A stretch of DNA of 64,000 nucleotides from an uncultured Sphingobacteriales bacterium (GCA_937991535.1 CALKHN010000013.1:1-64000), one strand, 5' to 3'. Counted from the first letter of the stretch, positions 49,801 to 59,934 are shown. The notes: generated by a model not told the origin, from the letters alone. Made by a program: numbers and translations.

Positions 49801-50589
49801 CGCCCTTTTAATAGAAGAATCAAGCACACGCAAAAAAGGCTTTCCATCTTTATAGGTAAATTCAAATTTACCCTTCAGATCATCCTCCAGTGAATAGCCG
49901 TATACTTCAAGCAGTTTATTTTTTTGCTTATCCCAGTTGCGGATAGAGTCAAAATAATACGGACCGTAGGCATTGAGCAATTGCAGAAACAGGGCCACTT
50001 TATGTACACAAAGCGGATGTTCCTGCTCATCGCATTTGCAGGATGTGTCAAAATTTCTCTCCTCGTTTTTTTGTATCACCAAAGGGAAGGATTCGCCATT
50101 GTATACCAGGTTTGCTTCTACCCTTTCGTTTGCCGCGCTTATGATATTTACTTTTAGCTTCTGCAGTATTTTTTCGGCTTCTGCATAAATATCGGGTGAA
50201 CTCAGCAGCCTAATGCTTTTAAGTTCAATATCCCTCATTTTTATAACGGTGTGGCGCTGGTGATACAATACATCTTTTTCACCGAGCACATTTTTATCTA
50301 ACAGTTCCTGTAACTGAAGCAAAGCCGCTGTTTCATGGCGGCAAATATCTCCCAGGTTGTACGGACAGGTACAGCGAACTGAAAGCCCTTTGGGGTCTTT
50401 GTATTTTTGGATGTATACTTTGTAAAAAGTGGCATAACTGTCATCCTTTACTCTAAAGGTAACTGAACCCAGCAGGTCATCATGTTCCATTAGTTCAACG
50501 TATCCGATAGAATGGATTTTTTTACCCCTGCGGATTACTTCATCTGTGCCATTATTATATACAAACTTAATAAGATGTGGTAAAGCCAT
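46825..50589 (-). CDS. SNF2-family helicase with N-terminal SWIM zinc finger
   Basis: CxC...CxH SWIM motif. SNF2 ATPase motifs I-VI (LADDMGLGKT, DESQAIKN, DRTHRIGQ). Confidence 0.9.
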   Translation of the reverse strand: MALPHLIKFVYNNGTDEVIRRGKKIHSIGYVELMEHDDLLGSVTFRVKDDSYATFYKVYIQKYKDPKGLSVRCTCPYNLGDICRHETAALLQLQELLDKNVLGEKDVLYHQRHTVIKMRDIELKSIRLLSSPDIYAEAEKILQKLKVNIISAANERVEANLVYNGESFPLVIQKNEERNFDTSCKCDEQEHPLCVHKVALFLQLLNAYGPYYFDSIRNWDKQKNKLLEVYGYSLEDDLKGKFEFTYKDGKPFLRVLDSSIKRADPVAGGLLKSRTAVAEQEPVIAEEEVPLPGENINRIGVVFNETKGAYPCFRLDAISGEINDSGTGFSGKIEKLDIAKFVNADQYTDQDKQLLQQIRKLNEAEVNKYVSRNSPFSGIWENIIHHEDDDLPEETKSLITEYWYPKLLKLFNEQKDNPLIYLLPHRKNFITSNLLQVQLSDETATPVFHVNTRKEKVEITCYVQVNGTEVPLQENEWNSNMVFKYADTFYNWSRQEDIMEIERFAQKDNLLIAGNDWPDYLQKVIIPLTKDYKVRFAESLVQEIKDGDPEVKVLLQEKGDYLLFVPVFSYKGFETRFNANDIITLPVNDKVLEIHRNRQVELQFIKKLEGLHSNFIHPEGAATLALKGADVLKNNWFFLFVDSMKEMNVPVVGFDVLKNFRFNTARPSTEIHISSGMDWFDARVKVVFGGQQVSIDEIKRALVNKQQFVQLNDGTLGILPEGWLKKYSLLFRVGEGKNNSLRLSKYHLSVIDELYEERNEAEVLIELEEKYNRLRGFNRIKEIDPPPALAHILRPYQVAGYHWLNYLSEVGWGGILADDMGLGKTVQALSFLQFYRDTHQSLKAIVVCPTTLMFNWENEIKKFTPDLSYYIHHGGDRGRSKEVFNAHNIIITTYGTLRSDIKLLTEMHFDYVILDESQAIKNPQSKVTKAAGLLVSKNRLCLSGTPLQNNTFDIYAQMNFLNPGMLGSVEYFRNEFATPIDKFGEQDRKEHLKKLLYPFILRRTKEQVAKDLPEKTETILFCEMQSEQREIYEAFRNDYRNRILGVINEQGIERSQLTILQGLMKLRQICDSPAIMNEPEKYPNHSIKLEEIAREITENISNHKALVFSQFLGMLALIKDKLKSLDVPFEYFDGSTPAHERERAINRFQNDDTCRAFLISLKAGGVGLNLTAADYVYIVDPWWNPAVEQQAIDRTHRIGQTKNIFAYRMICKDTIEDKILQLQEKKRSLARDLIADDSTFVKSLSRDDVEYLFS

Positions 50590-50711
50590 GCTCGAGAAAA
50601 ATTCAGTAATTCAAGCCTGTCGTTCAAAAAAGGCTAATTGGCGAAATTACAAAAAAAAGCTCAGTAGAGACTAAGTTAAGAAGGAGGTATAATATTTGAT
50701 GGCCGGAAACG

Positions 50712-51446
50712 TCATTGAATAGCTATCAGCTTTCCTTCGGCATATACAGGCAGTATATCCGCAATATCCGCCGAAAGGCAGTACTGTATATCCTTTTGCA
50801 GCCCATATCCGCTTAAGCGCAGGTAATGTGAAGCCTGCCTGTCTTTAACAAATTGATAAATATCCGGTTTTGCTTCCATATAAAGCATATGCGCTATGGT
50901 GGAAGAATCACAGTTGACGTTAAAATAGGGTTTTACCCGGTCAATAACTGCCCCGGCAAATAATGTATCTTCCAGGTTTATCCTGTCTTTCCACGCGGCA
51001 CAGGCTAATACTACATTTTGTTTTTGGGCAATGAGGTGGGTGGCTACAGCCGATAAATTAGGAAAGGCGCCAGTAATAATGTTTTTTGCGCCTCTTTCAA
51101 GCGCCATATGTAAAAGCCGGGTGCCATTGGTAGTGGTAAGTATAAGTATTTTATTTTCGATGAACTTACGCGGGTATTCGAATGGAGAGTTTCCATATTG
51201 CAGTCCTTCAGCTATTTTTCCGTCCCGTTCCCCGGCCGTAACCGTACCGGGCTCCCTGCCTAATGCTATGCATCGGGCCACCGTGTCTACCGGTACAACA
51301 TAACTGGCGCCATTGTATAATGCCGTGGCGATAGTAGAGGTAGCCCGCAAAACATCAATGATTACAACGATGGTATTGTTTGCATCGTAAAGATGCAGCA
51401 TGGAAGGCGAAAGCGCTGTATGTAAAGCAGGTTTATTTCCGTTCAT
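50712..51446 (-). CDS. 2-phosphosulfolactate phosphatase (ComB) family protein
   Basis: VIIDVLRATST N-terminal motif typical of ComB. Confidence 0.65.
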   Translation of the reverse strand: MNGNKPALHTALSPSMLHLYDANNTIVVIIDVLRATSTIATALYNGASYVVPVDTVARCIALGREPGTVTAGERDGKIAEGLQYGNSPFEYPRKFIENKILILTTTNGTRLLHMALERGAKNIITGAFPNLSAVATHLIAQKQNVVLACAAWKDRINLEDTLFAGAVIDRVKPYFNVNCDSSTIAHMLYMEAKPDIYQFVKDRQASHYLRLSGYGLQKDIQYCLSADIADILPVYAEGKLIAIQ

Positions 51447-51496
51447 AATTAGCTGCCATGCAAATATCTGAAAGAAAGGGGGATTTACATAAAAGA

Positions 51497-51970
51497 TCAG
51501 CCCATTACGGCACGCCATTTTTCCGATTCGGCATAAAGCTTTATCAAGGCATTGCGTTTGTTCAGCAAAACTTCAAAATAGTTTTTCATGAAAAATTTTC
51601 CCAGCATGCCGCCAACAGCATCCCTTGGTTCTTCCATTTCAATAAGATCAATGACCAAAGTGCCATTTTCGACCGGTTTAAAATAATGCTCATGCCTGAA
51701 ACTTTTTAAATCTCCCTTCACCTGCTCCTCCACAAATTTTTCGGGAACATTCATCTCCAGCACCCTTGCGGTTATAACTCTTGTTTTGCCCAAATGTTTG
51801 GCGGAGAGTGTAATGGTATCACCCGCATTTACCAGTATTCCGGCAGCGCTTGCCGATAAACTCTCATTTCTGCCTTCCAGCGCTTTTTTATACACTGTAG
51901 TATTGCGGCAAAGATCAAATACCCGTTCAACAGGGGCTTTAATGAATGTGGTAAGATGAATGGAAGCCAT
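51497..51970 (-). CDS. SRPBCC (START/Bet v1-like) family protein
   Basis: ~155 aa with the IKAPVERVFD N-terminal pattern of polyketide-cyclase/SRPBCC proteins. Confidence 0.55.
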   Translation of the reverse strand: MASIHLTTFIKAPVERVFDLCRNTTVYKKALEGRNESLSASAAGILVNAGDTITLSAKHLGKTRVITARVLEMNVPEKFVEEQVKGDLKSFRHEHYFKPVENGTLVIDLIEMEEPRDAVGGMLGKFFMKNYFEVLLNKRNALIKLYAESEKWRAVMG

Positions 51971-51995
51971 AGGATATAAAGGTTGTTTATACACA

Positions 51996-53111
51996 TTATA
52001 TTTGTTGCACAAAAGGCAGTTTTACTACTTTTGCCTTTAGCAACCTGTCTCTTATTTCAATATACACTTCACTGTCTATGTCCGCAAATTCCGTTGTTAC
52101 ATATCCCATGCCTATGGCGCGTCCCAGGGTGGGAGATTGCGTACCGGAAGTTACCCGTCCAATTAAGTTCCCTTCTGCATCCTTAATCCGGTAATCGTGG
52201 CGTGGAATACCTTTATCTGTCATTTCAAAACCCACTAATTTTTTGTCAACACCCGCTGCTTTCTGTTTTTGAAGATATTCACTTGCCGTAAAGGGTTTGG
52301 TAAACTTGGTGATCCAGCCCAAACCTGCTTCCAGCGGTGTGGTAAAGTCATCAATATCATTACCATACAAACAATAACCCATTTCTAACCGGAGGGTATC
52401 CCTGGCTCCAAGTCCTATGGGTTTTAGTCCTGCCTGCGCTCCTGCCTCAAATATGGCATTCCATATAGCTTCCGCGTTACCATTCATACCTTGCCCGCCC
52501 GCAGGCAAATCTTCAAAGTATATTTCCACCCCACCGGCGCCAGTATACCCCGTAGCGCTGATCAGCACATTATCAATGCCGGCAAAGCGGCCTTTCACAA
52601 AAGTGTAATATTTCAGGTTCAATATATTTAGTTCTGTAAGCGGTTGCAGCATTTTTGCCGCATTAGGCCCCTGAACCGCTAAAAGACAGGTTTTCTCTGA
52701 AATATTATGCATTTCCACATTGCCGGTATTGTGATAGCTGATCCAGTCCCAGTCTTTTTCAATATTAGAAGCATTAACCACCAGCATGTAAACTTTATTG
52801 TATTCGATACAATATATCAGCAGGTCATCAATAATTCCACCGTTTTCGTTGGTCAGGCAACTGTACTGTATTTTGCCGGCGGTAAGTTTGGATGCATCGT
52901 TAGTTGTTACCCGCTGAATGAGATCCAAAGCACCTTCGCCTTTAAAAATAAACTCTCCCATATGGCTAACGTCAAAAACGCCGGCATTGTTACGTACGGC
53001 TGCATGTTCATCATTAATTCCTGTATAACTGATTGGCATATTGTATCCCGCAAACTCGGCCATTTTGGCACCGGCAGCAATGTGTTTTGCTGTAAAAGCT
53101 GTTTGTTTCAT
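51996..53111 (-). CDS. gcvT: Glycine cleavage system aminomethyltransferase GcvT
   Basis: [17 protein letters not shown] and folate-binding domain pattern. ATG at 53111 preferred over the TTG at 53120. Confidence 0.9.
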   Translation of the reverse strand: MKQTAFTAKHIAAGAKMAEFAGYNMPISYTGINDEHAAVRNNAGVFDVSHMGEFIFKGEGALDLIQRVTTNDASKLTAGKIQYSCLTNENGGIIDDLLIYCIEYNKVYMLVVNASNIEKDWDWISYHNTGNVEMHNISEKTCLLAVQGPNAAKMLQPLTELNILNLKYYTFVKGRFAGIDNVLISATGYTGAGGVEIYFEDLPAGGQGMNGNAEAIWNAIFEAGAQAGLKPIGLGARDTLRLEMGYCLYGNDIDDFTTPLEAGLGWITKFTKPFTASEYLQKQKAAGVDKKLVGFEMTDKGIPRHDYRIKDAEGNLIGRVTSGTQSPTLGRAIGMGYVTTEFADIDSEVYIEIRDRLLKAKVVKLPFVQQI

Positions 53112-53224
53112 GAAAGTCAATTATTAAAATGTTAGTGGGCAATGCGGTTTATTTTATGGTGAACAGTCAATAGTGAGTAGTAAATAGAAAAAACCTTAAT
53201 TCACCCGTTGTCTTTCAATGTAAT

Positions 53225-53322
53225 CTTACCACTTACTACTTACTACTTACCACTTATCCCTCACCCCCTTCCTGCAATCTGCACCATGTATCCCTTACCA
53301 CTTACTCCTTACCCCTTCTCTC
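53225..53322. repeat. Heptanucleotide tandem repeats (CTTACYA) x ~9 in two blocks upstream of gcvT
   Basis: cttacca cttacta cttacta cttacca cttatcc ... cttacca cttactc cttaccc, seen directly. Confidence 0.6.
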
Positions 53323-53833
53323 CCTTAAACCAACTGCTGTACATAAGGTAATTATTAGCTATGCGGTTAATTTCTCCGCCGATCAGTTCCTCCGGTACAT
53401 TCTTCACTTTTTTTGCAGGAACGCCTGCATAAATAGACCCTGCCGCTACTTTTACTCCTTCCAGTACAACAGCACCTGCCGCAATTATGCTGTGGCTTCC
53501 TATTTCAGCATTGTCCATTATAATGGCGCCCATGCCAATCAAGACATTGTCGTGCACTGTGCAACCATGCACAATGGCATTATGACCAATGCTAACATTA
53601 TTTCCAATAATGGTTTTTGTTTTTTGATAAGTACAATGTACTACTGCTCCGTCCTGTATATTAACCTTATTACCTATGCGAATAGCGTTAACATCACCTC
53701 TTACCACAGCATTGAACCATACGCTACAGTCATCACCTATTGTTACATCTCCCACTATTGTAGCATTAGGCGCTAAATAGCAATTTTGTCCAAAAACAGG
53801 AGATATTCCTTTTACGGGCAATAATAATGGCAT
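53309..53833 (-). CDS. Gamma carbonic anhydrase family protein (hexapeptide repeat)
   Basis: Left-handed β-helix hexapeptide repeats, His ligands. Confidence 0.85.
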   Translation of the reverse strand: MPLLLPVKGISPVFGQNCYLAPNATIVGDVTIGDDCSVWFNAVVRGDVNAIRIGNKVNIQDGAVVHCTYQKTKTIIGNNVSIGHNAIVHGCTVHDNVLIGMGAIIMDNAEIGSHSIIAAGAVVLEGVKVAAGSIYAGVPAKKVKNVPEELIGGEINRIANNYLMYSSWFKGEKG

Positions 53834-53910
53834 AACGAAAAGTTTCTTTTATTTTTTTGTGGTCTTAAACATGGCATATGCGACATTATTCGTGTACTGA
53901 TGGCAATAGT

Positions 53911-54834
53911 TTATACCAATGCGATATCAAAATTTACCAGCTCAACAAATTGTTGCACTCTTTCGTCAATAGTGTTTTTCGTGAGTTCTCTCAGTCGCGT
54001 AGTCCCAAATTTTTCTACACAGAAGGAAGCTATTGCCGAACCGATGATAATAGCCGACTTCATTCCTTCAAAAGAAAAATCTTTAGTACTGTCTAAATAA
54101 CCAACAAATCCGCCAGCAAAAGTATCTCCGGCGCCTGTAGGGTCAAATACTTCATCTAAAGGCAAGGCTGGTGCAAAAAACACATGATCACCATGAAAAA
54201 GCAGAGCGCCATGCTCTCCTTTTTTTATAACCAGGAATTTAGGCCCCATTTTCATTATCTCCCTGGCAGCCCGTACCAAAGAATATTGAGCACTCAACTG
54301 TCTTGCCTCGCTATCGTTTACCAACAGTACATCCACTTCTTTAAGTACTTTTTCCAACTCAGGCATTGCAGTATCCATCCAAAAGTTCATGGTATCCAGA
54401 ACAATGAGTTTGGGAGGCTCCTTTAATTGTTCTATTACACTAAGCTGAACAGCAGGTGACAGGTTGCCCAGCATTAAAATATCGGCTCCCTGGTAACTGG
54501 CAGGAACAACGGGTTCAAAATCTTCCAGAACATTTAACTGCGTTTCAAGGGTATCCCGTGTATTCATGTCCATGTGATATTTACCACTCCAGAAAAAAGA
54601 TTTTTTATCTTTTTTTCTTTGTACCCCTTCCATCTGAACTCCCCGGGCTTCCAGCATATCCAGTTCCTCCTGGGGAAAATCGCCTCCTACAACAGAAATT
54701 TGCTGAATAGGCTTAGTGAAATTAGACGCACTCCATGCAATATAGGTAGCCGCCCCACCCACTATTTTATTACTCTTTGCGAAAGGCGTTTCAATTGCAT
54801 CAAAAGCCATGGATCCAACAACTATCACAGACAT
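53911..54834 (-). CDS. PfkB family carbohydrate/nucleoside kinase
   Basis: GG dipeptide and DPTGAGD(T/A)F C-terminal motif. Confidence 0.85.
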   Translation of the reverse strand: MSVIVVGSMAFDAIETPFAKSNKIVGGAATYIAWSASNFTKPIQQISVVGGDFPQEELDMLEARGVQMEGVQRKKDKKSFFWSGKYHMDMNTRDTLETQLNVLEDFEPVVPASYQGADILMLGNLSPAVQLSVIEQLKEPPKLIVLDTMNFWMDTAMPELEKVLKEVDVLLVNDSEARQLSAQYSLVRAAREIMKMGPKFLVIKKGEHGALLFHGDHVFFAPALPLDEVFDPTGAGDTFAGGFVGYLDSTKDFSFEGMKSAIIIGSAIASFCVEKFGTTRLRELTKNTIDERVQQFVELVNFDIALV

Positions 54835-54955
54835 GATTATACATTTATTAAATGATCAAAACATTGTTTTAAAACCGTGCAAAACTAAGTCAAATAAATT
54901 AAGACTATAGGTTTTTAACCCCTTCAGAGACATTGATTCTTTTTATTTTTGCAAC

Positions 54956-55252
54956 ATGGAATTTGAAAATTTTATTTCAACGCTCAGCGCGTCTTCGCCA
55001 CCTGGGATCATATCTGCTTATTTGCAGGCCATGTGGTTTGATGCTAAAGGAGATTGGGATAAGGCTCATGGTATAGTACAGGATATAGATGACAGCAAAG
55101 CCTCCCTGCTTCATGCGTATCTGCACCGCAAAGAAGGTGATGCCTCCAATGCACGGTACTGGTACAATCGCGCAGGTAAACCATTCCCTGCCATTTCGTT
55201 GCAGCAGGAATGGGAGCAGATTGTACAAGATTTATTGCACATGACAAAGTAA
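54956..55252 (+). CDS. Hypothetical protein
   Basis: 98 aa ORF with no motif recognised. Confidence 0.35.
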   Translation: MEFENFISTLSASSPPGIISAYLQAMWFDAKGDWDKAHGIVQDIDDSKASLLHAYLHRKEGDASNARYWYNRAGKPFPAISLQQEWEQIVQDLLHMTK

Positions 55253-55427
55253 ACGGCTGAATAATTTTGCAGCAAACACACGAAGAAACAAAGCCTGGAG
55301 TTCAGGCGTATGTATTGAGTCTTAGCATCCTATACTATCCTAATGAAAGCCTCTGATTATTTTAAGTTATTATTGTCTGGAGAAAACTTTTGAAAGTTAC
55401 ATGAAAACCAATACAGGAGAGCATTTT

Positions 55428-55463
55428 AACCCCTCTCCGGGCGGAGAGGGGTTGGGGTGAGAC
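55428..55463. repeat. REP-like palindromic intergenic element, copy 1 (CCCCTCTCCGG-gc-GGAGAGGGG-tt-GGGGTGAG)
   Basis: Perfect 11 bp palindrome. Related copy at 59901. Confidence 0.55.
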
Positions 55464-55532
55464 AAAATCAGACTGCTAAAAACTTTTATTGCTTTTACCG
55501 GACAATAATGATTGTACGTTTCGGGTTATGAT

Positions 55533-56777
55533 CTATTTTTCTTTTACATTAACGGATATACGCCTGTTTTTCATTTTATTTTCCTCAGTGTCGTTGGGCG
55601 CCACAAAATGGGTGGGGCCATAGCCTTCGGCGCCTGTTAACTGCTGGGCATTGGTTCCTGATGCTTTTAATTTTTCCAGAACAGCATCGGCCCGCGCCTG
55701 TGATAGTTTTACATTGGCAGCCGAATCGCCTGTATTATCTGTGTAGCCGCCTATTTTAATTTTGGCTGAAGGAAAGGCTTTTAAAATAGCAGCGATGTTA
55801 TTTACCTGTTTTGAAGATGCAGCTGTAATGGCAGCGCTTCCTGTTTCAAAATTCAGGTCGTCAAAATCAAACCATTTGTCTTTGCTGATGGGATCATTTG
55901 AGATCAGGTAAGTTACCAGCATATCTTCAATGCCCCCTTTATAGGCGTCAAGTTCCGTATTGTCCGGTAATTTTACTTTTATTGATTCACGAACCGACTC
56001 CATAGCCGCCGGCCGGGTTTCGGTTGCCTGTGTAGCTACGGTATCTGCCGGCTTGGTTTGCATGGTATCGCTGCCACAGCTTTTAAACAAATAAAGCAGC
56101 AGGGCAAATGCCAGCACTGCCAGGACAAGGGGAAGCATCCAGTTGGTTTTTCTGGCGGTGGTTTGCATCGTAGGCGCCGCGTGACTGCCATGATCCTGCG
56201 CTTCCGAAAAAACGGATCCCAATGTAGACCCTATTCCCGAAAGGCTACCCAAACCTAAGGCGCCTGCCAGGTTGAGACCAGAAGGAATAGCGGACAGAAT
56301 ACTATCTTTTTGTGAGGCCAAAAAAGAAGCGATACCTGAGGCGCCAATATTATTATCTGTAACATATTTGCCCAGGCTTCCCAAAGCAGCAGGCGCAACC
56401 ATATTCAGTAAAGAGGAAGCAGAAGATTGTTTAATACCTGAAAATCCTGCAATAAGATTAGAAATATTGCCTGATTTATCTCCGAATAAATTGCCTGCCA
56501 TATTTAATAAACCCGAAAACTTTCCACCGCCACCCTCTAATAGTCCTCCGGGGTTGGTTAATATACCGCTGCTGCCTGCCTGGTTCGCCAGATTTAAAAG
56601 CGATTGAGCTCCTTCCTTGCTTTCCGCTTTGTTTAAAAAACCTGCTAAAACAGATGGTACCGCTCCGCTTAGCGCTTTCTGAATGCCACCATTACTTTCC
56701 CCAAAAGCGGATGCAGCCTTGCTTATCAGATCATTACTGAAAAGATTGTTAACAGAATCGAGAAGATTGAATGCCAT
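55533..56777 (-). CDS. DUF937 + OmpA-family protein
   Basis: N-terminal DUF937-like Gly/Ser-rich region, one TM helix, C-terminal OmpA motif (NTDxxGxxxxNxxLSxxRA). Confidence 0.8.
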   Translation of the reverse strand: MAFNLLDSVNNLFSNDLISKAASAFGESNGGIQKALSGAVPSVLAGFLNKAESKEGAQSLLNLANQAGSSGILTNPGGLLEGGGGKFSGLLNMAGNLFGDKSGNISNLIAGFSGIKQSSASSLLNMVAPAALGSLGKYVTDNNIGASGIASFLASQKDSILSAIPSGLNLAGALGLGSLSGIGSTLGSVFSEAQDHGSHAAPTMQTTARKTNWMLPLVLAVLAFALLLYLFKSCGSDTMQTKPADTVATQATETRPAAMESVRESIKVKLPDNTELDAYKGGIEDMLVTYLISNDPISKDKWFDFDDLNFETGSAAITAASSKQVNNIAAILKAFPSAKIKIGGYTDNTGDSAANVKLSQARADAVLEKLKASGTNAQQLTGAEGYGPTHFVAPNDTEENKMKNRRISVNVKEK

Positions 56778-57111
56778 AGTGATTAGATTTAAAATGTATA
56801 CAATATGGACGCGAAGAATTTTAAGATGTGTTTTGTTGCTGAATCGGCTGCAAAGTATAAAAAATACATGTCATACTCCAGCATAAATCCTGATCCTTTA
56901 AGGGTTTATTTACGTACATCCGGGCGAAATAATTGGTTTGCATTACTTTATATTAAATATCTTTGCAGCAGCGGTAAAGGGGTGTATTTGAATGGAATGC
57001 ATCCTTTATATTTACCAGCCCGTTTTTGTTCGTATTGCTAAGGCAAATGCAGACCATTATTGGCCGAATGTTTTAAAGTTCTGTTTATATTCGTAAAAAC
57101 CTTATCCGAAT

Positions 57112-57768
57112 ATGCTTGAATACAATCCTGTGAATGATAAAATTACTATATTAATAGTTGATGATCATAAACTGATCAGAGATACCTGGTCGTTTATTTT
57201 GAACAGCGATCCACGTTTCCAGGTTATCGCCGAAACCGATTCAGGGAAAGATTCCATTGATCTCGCCGAAAACAATCATCCCAACATTGTATTAATGGAT
57301 ATCAATATGAGCCCAATGAATGGTTTTGAGGCTACAAAAGAAATCCGCAAAGTATCTCCTGAGTCAAAGATAATCGGTGTTTCCATGCATTCCCAGCCTG
57401 CCTATGCAAAAAAAATGCTCCAGGTTGGCGCTATGGGTTATATCACAAAAAACTCTTCCAAGGAAGAAATGATCGGCGCTATAAGCGAAGTGGCACAGGG
57501 CAACAAATACATCTGTCATGAAGTGAAAACCATCCTGTCTGAGCAAATTTTGGAGGACAATGAAAAGCCGGATATCAATCTCTTATCACAGCGCGAAATA
57601 GAAATCATTGACCTGATCAAGCAGGGGCAGTCTTCAAAGGAAATTGCACAGCAATTAAGCATAACACTTAAAACAGTAGAAGTTCACCGGCACAATATTC
57701 TGAAAAAACTGAACTTAAAAAATACGGCGGCTCTCGTAAACTTTATTAATAATGCCGGGATAGCGTAG
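57112..57768 (+). CDS. LuxR/NarL-family response regulator
   Basis: Receiver + LuxR HTH (SQREIEII...KEIA). Confidence 0.9.
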   Translation: MLEYNPVNDKITILIVDDHKLIRDTWSFILNSDPRFQVIAETDSGKDSIDLAENNHPNIVLMDINMSPMNGFEATKEIRKVSPESKIIGVSMHSQPAYAKKMLQVGAMGYITKNSSKEEMIGAISEVAQGNKYICHEVKTILSEQILEDNEKPDINLLSQREIEIIDLIKQGQSSKEIAQQLSITLKTVEVHRHNILKKLNLKNTAALVNFINNAGIA

Positions 57769-57844
57769 AGCCCGTCAAAAAATCAATTATTTTACATACC
57801 AATTCATTCCTGCTTCCCGGAGGCAGGTTTTTTACGCATTAATC

Positions 57845-58657
57845 ATGTCGGCACTTTCTATCACTACCATTCAAACCCAGTTGTACTGGGAAGATAAAAC
57901 AGCCAACCTCCGGATGTTAACGGAAAAGATCAATGCCATTCCCGGGAAAACGGAAATCGTTGTTTTACCGGAGATGTTCAGTACAGGATTTAGCATGCAC
58001 CCACAGGCGCTTGCCGAAAAAATGGATGGTGCTACCGTTGAATGGATGAAAACGGTAGCTGCCCATAAAAAGGTGATCCTTACCGGCAGTTTAATAATAG
58101 AGGAGGAGGGAAACTACTTTAACCGTTTGATATGGATGCTGCCCGACGGCAATTATGGTTATTATGATAAACGGCATTTATTCGCCTACGCTTCGGAAAA
58201 TGAATACTATACTGCCGGTAAAAAAAGGCTTATCGCTTCGGTAAAGAAATGGAAGATTAACCTGCAGGTTTGTTATGATCTGCGGTTTCCGGTTTGGGTG
58301 CGGCAAAGAAATTTTTCCCGGCAGGAAGAAGGAGCGATAATACATAATGAATACGATCTTATCATTTATATAGCCAATTGGCCCGAACGGCGCAATCACG
58401 CCTGGAAAACACTGCTCCAGGCCAGGGCTATCGAAAATCAATGTTATGTGGTGGGTGTAAACCGTGTGGGAAACGATGGAAACAACATCTACCACAGCGG
58501 CGATTCCATGATTATTGACCCGCTTGGTGAAGTGCTGTATACACAGGCGCATAAGGAGGATATTTTTACCTGTATTTTGCAAAAAGAAAAACTGGAAGAA
58601 GTGCGCACGAAATTTCCTTTCTGGAAAGACGCAGATCGTTTTTTAATAGATCCCTGA
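57845..58657 (+). CDS. Carbon-nitrogen hydrolase (nitrilase superfamily, omega-amidase-like)
   Basis: E-K-C triad context (LPEMF, ...CYDLRFP). Confidence 0.85.
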   Translation: MSALSITTIQTQLYWEDKTANLRMLTEKINAIPGKTEIVVLPEMFSTGFSMHPQALAEKMDGATVEWMKTVAAHKKVILTGSLIIEEEGNYFNRLIWMLPDGNYGYYDKRHLFAYASENEYYTAGKKRLIASVKKWKINLQVCYDLRFPVWVRQRNFSRQEEGAIIHNEYDLIIYIANWPERRNHAWKTLLQARAIENQCYVVGVNRVGNDGNNIYHSGDSMIIDPLGEVLYTQAHKEDIFTCILQKEKLEEVRTKFPFWKDADRFLIDP

Positions 58658-58674
58658 ACCAAACAATCCATGCA

Positions 58675-59778
58675 ATGAACACAGCCTGGCTGAACGGCAA
58701 CATCTATACCGGAAACAATAAGGAAACGGGCAAAGCCATCCTCGTTAACAACAATGTTATTGAAGGAGTGGTTAGTATAAATGAAATTGGGGAAGGCTAT
58801 ACTGTTAAAGATCTTGAGGGGCTCAATATAGCGCCCGCTTTTATTGACCTGCAGATCTACGGTGGCAACGGCAAACTGTTCTCGGCCGAATTGACCACAG
58901 ACGCTATCGCCGCCACTTATCAGTATTGCCTTAGCGGTGGTTGTACGCAGTTTATGCTTACCATGGCCACCAATACCATTGAAAATTTTTTGAAGGGTAT
59001 TGAACTGGTGAAGCAGTACTGGCAGCAGGGCGGCAAAGGCGTGCTGGGCTTGCACATGGAAGGACCTTATCTCAATCCTGTCAAAAAAGGAGCCCATGTT
59101 CTGGAATGCATTAAAAAACCAACGGTTGATGAAGTGAGCATGCTGCTGGAAAAGGGCAAGGGCGTTCTTAAAATGATGACGATTGCGCCTGAAGTATGCG
59201 ATGAAGAAATAATAAAAATGCTCATTGGCAATGATATTATTGTTTCGGCCGGGCACAGCAATGCCACCTATGCCGAAGCCACAAAAGCCTTCGCTTTGGG
59301 CATCCCCGCCGCTACACATTTGTTCAACGCCATGTCGCCCTTCCAGAGCCGCGAGCCGGGACTGGTTGGGGCTGTATACAATAATGCCAACGTTAAAAGC
59401 AGCATTGTGCCGGATGGGATACACGTTGATTTTGTGTCGCTGCGCATCAGTAAAAAAATTATGGACCACCGGCTCTTCTTTATAACAGACGCGGTTGCCG
59501 AAACAGCCGAAGGTGAGTACCAGCATGTATTTAAAGGCGACCGCTATACCCTTCCCAACGGAACGCTTTCGGGTTCTGCTTTAACCATGATGCAATCGGT
59601 AAAAAACGTAGTACAGCATGCGGGTATAACGCTTGAAGAAGCATTGCGCATGGCATCCACCTATCCTGCACAGTTGTTAAAACGAAAGGTGCCTTTAGGA
59701 AAAATAGAGGCCGGCTATGCCGCGGAGTTCGTGGTTTTTAATGACGCGCTGGAGGTGAAGGATGTGGTTACTCCGTAA
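58675..59778 (+). CDS. nagA: N-acetylglucosamine-6-phosphate deacetylase
   Basis: Amidohydrolase metal ligands (HxH-like, GHSNAT, THLFNAM). Confidence 0.85.
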   Translation: MNTAWLNGNIYTGNNKETGKAILVNNNVIEGVVSINEIGEGYTVKDLEGLNIAPAFIDLQIYGGNGKLFSAELTTDAIAATYQYCLSGGCTQFMLTMATNTIENFLKGIELVKQYWQQGGKGVLGLHMEGPYLNPVKKGAHVLECIKKPTVDEVSMLLEKGKGVLKMMTIAPEVCDEEIIKMLIGNDIIVSAGHSNATYAEATKAFALGIPAATHLFNAMSPFQSREPGLVGAVYNNANVKSSIVPDGIHVDFVSLRISKKIMDHRLFFITDAVAETAEGEYQHVFKGDRYTLPNGTLSGSALTMMQSVKNVVQHAGITLEEALRMASTYPAQLLKRKVPLGKIEAGYAAEFVVFNDALEVKDVVTP

Positions 59779-59900
59779 ATGTTTGCGCCCTTTCAAAGGC
59801 CAATGCAAAAAGTAATTGCCACCCGGCACTGAGTTTGAGGAAATGAATATGAACCGTGGCTAGATACTACCTAAGCTGCTTAATAAACAGCAGCCGGATC

Positions 59901-59934
59901 TCCCTCTCCGGGAGGAGAGGGACCAAGGGTGAGG
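59901..59934. repeat. REP-like palindromic intergenic element, copy 2 (TCCCTCTCCGG-ga-GGAGAGGGA-cca-AGGGTGAG)
   Basis: Same architecture as 55428. Sits in a convergent intergenic region with further hairpins (59969-60008). Confidence 0.55.

Noticed and set aside
53121-53330. Glycine riboswitch in the gcvT leader
   Set aside because: GGGAGAG is present on the sense strand, but the conserved ACCGAAGGGGCAA / CTCTCAGGCAAAAGGAC cores are not. Region is explained better by heptamer repeats.
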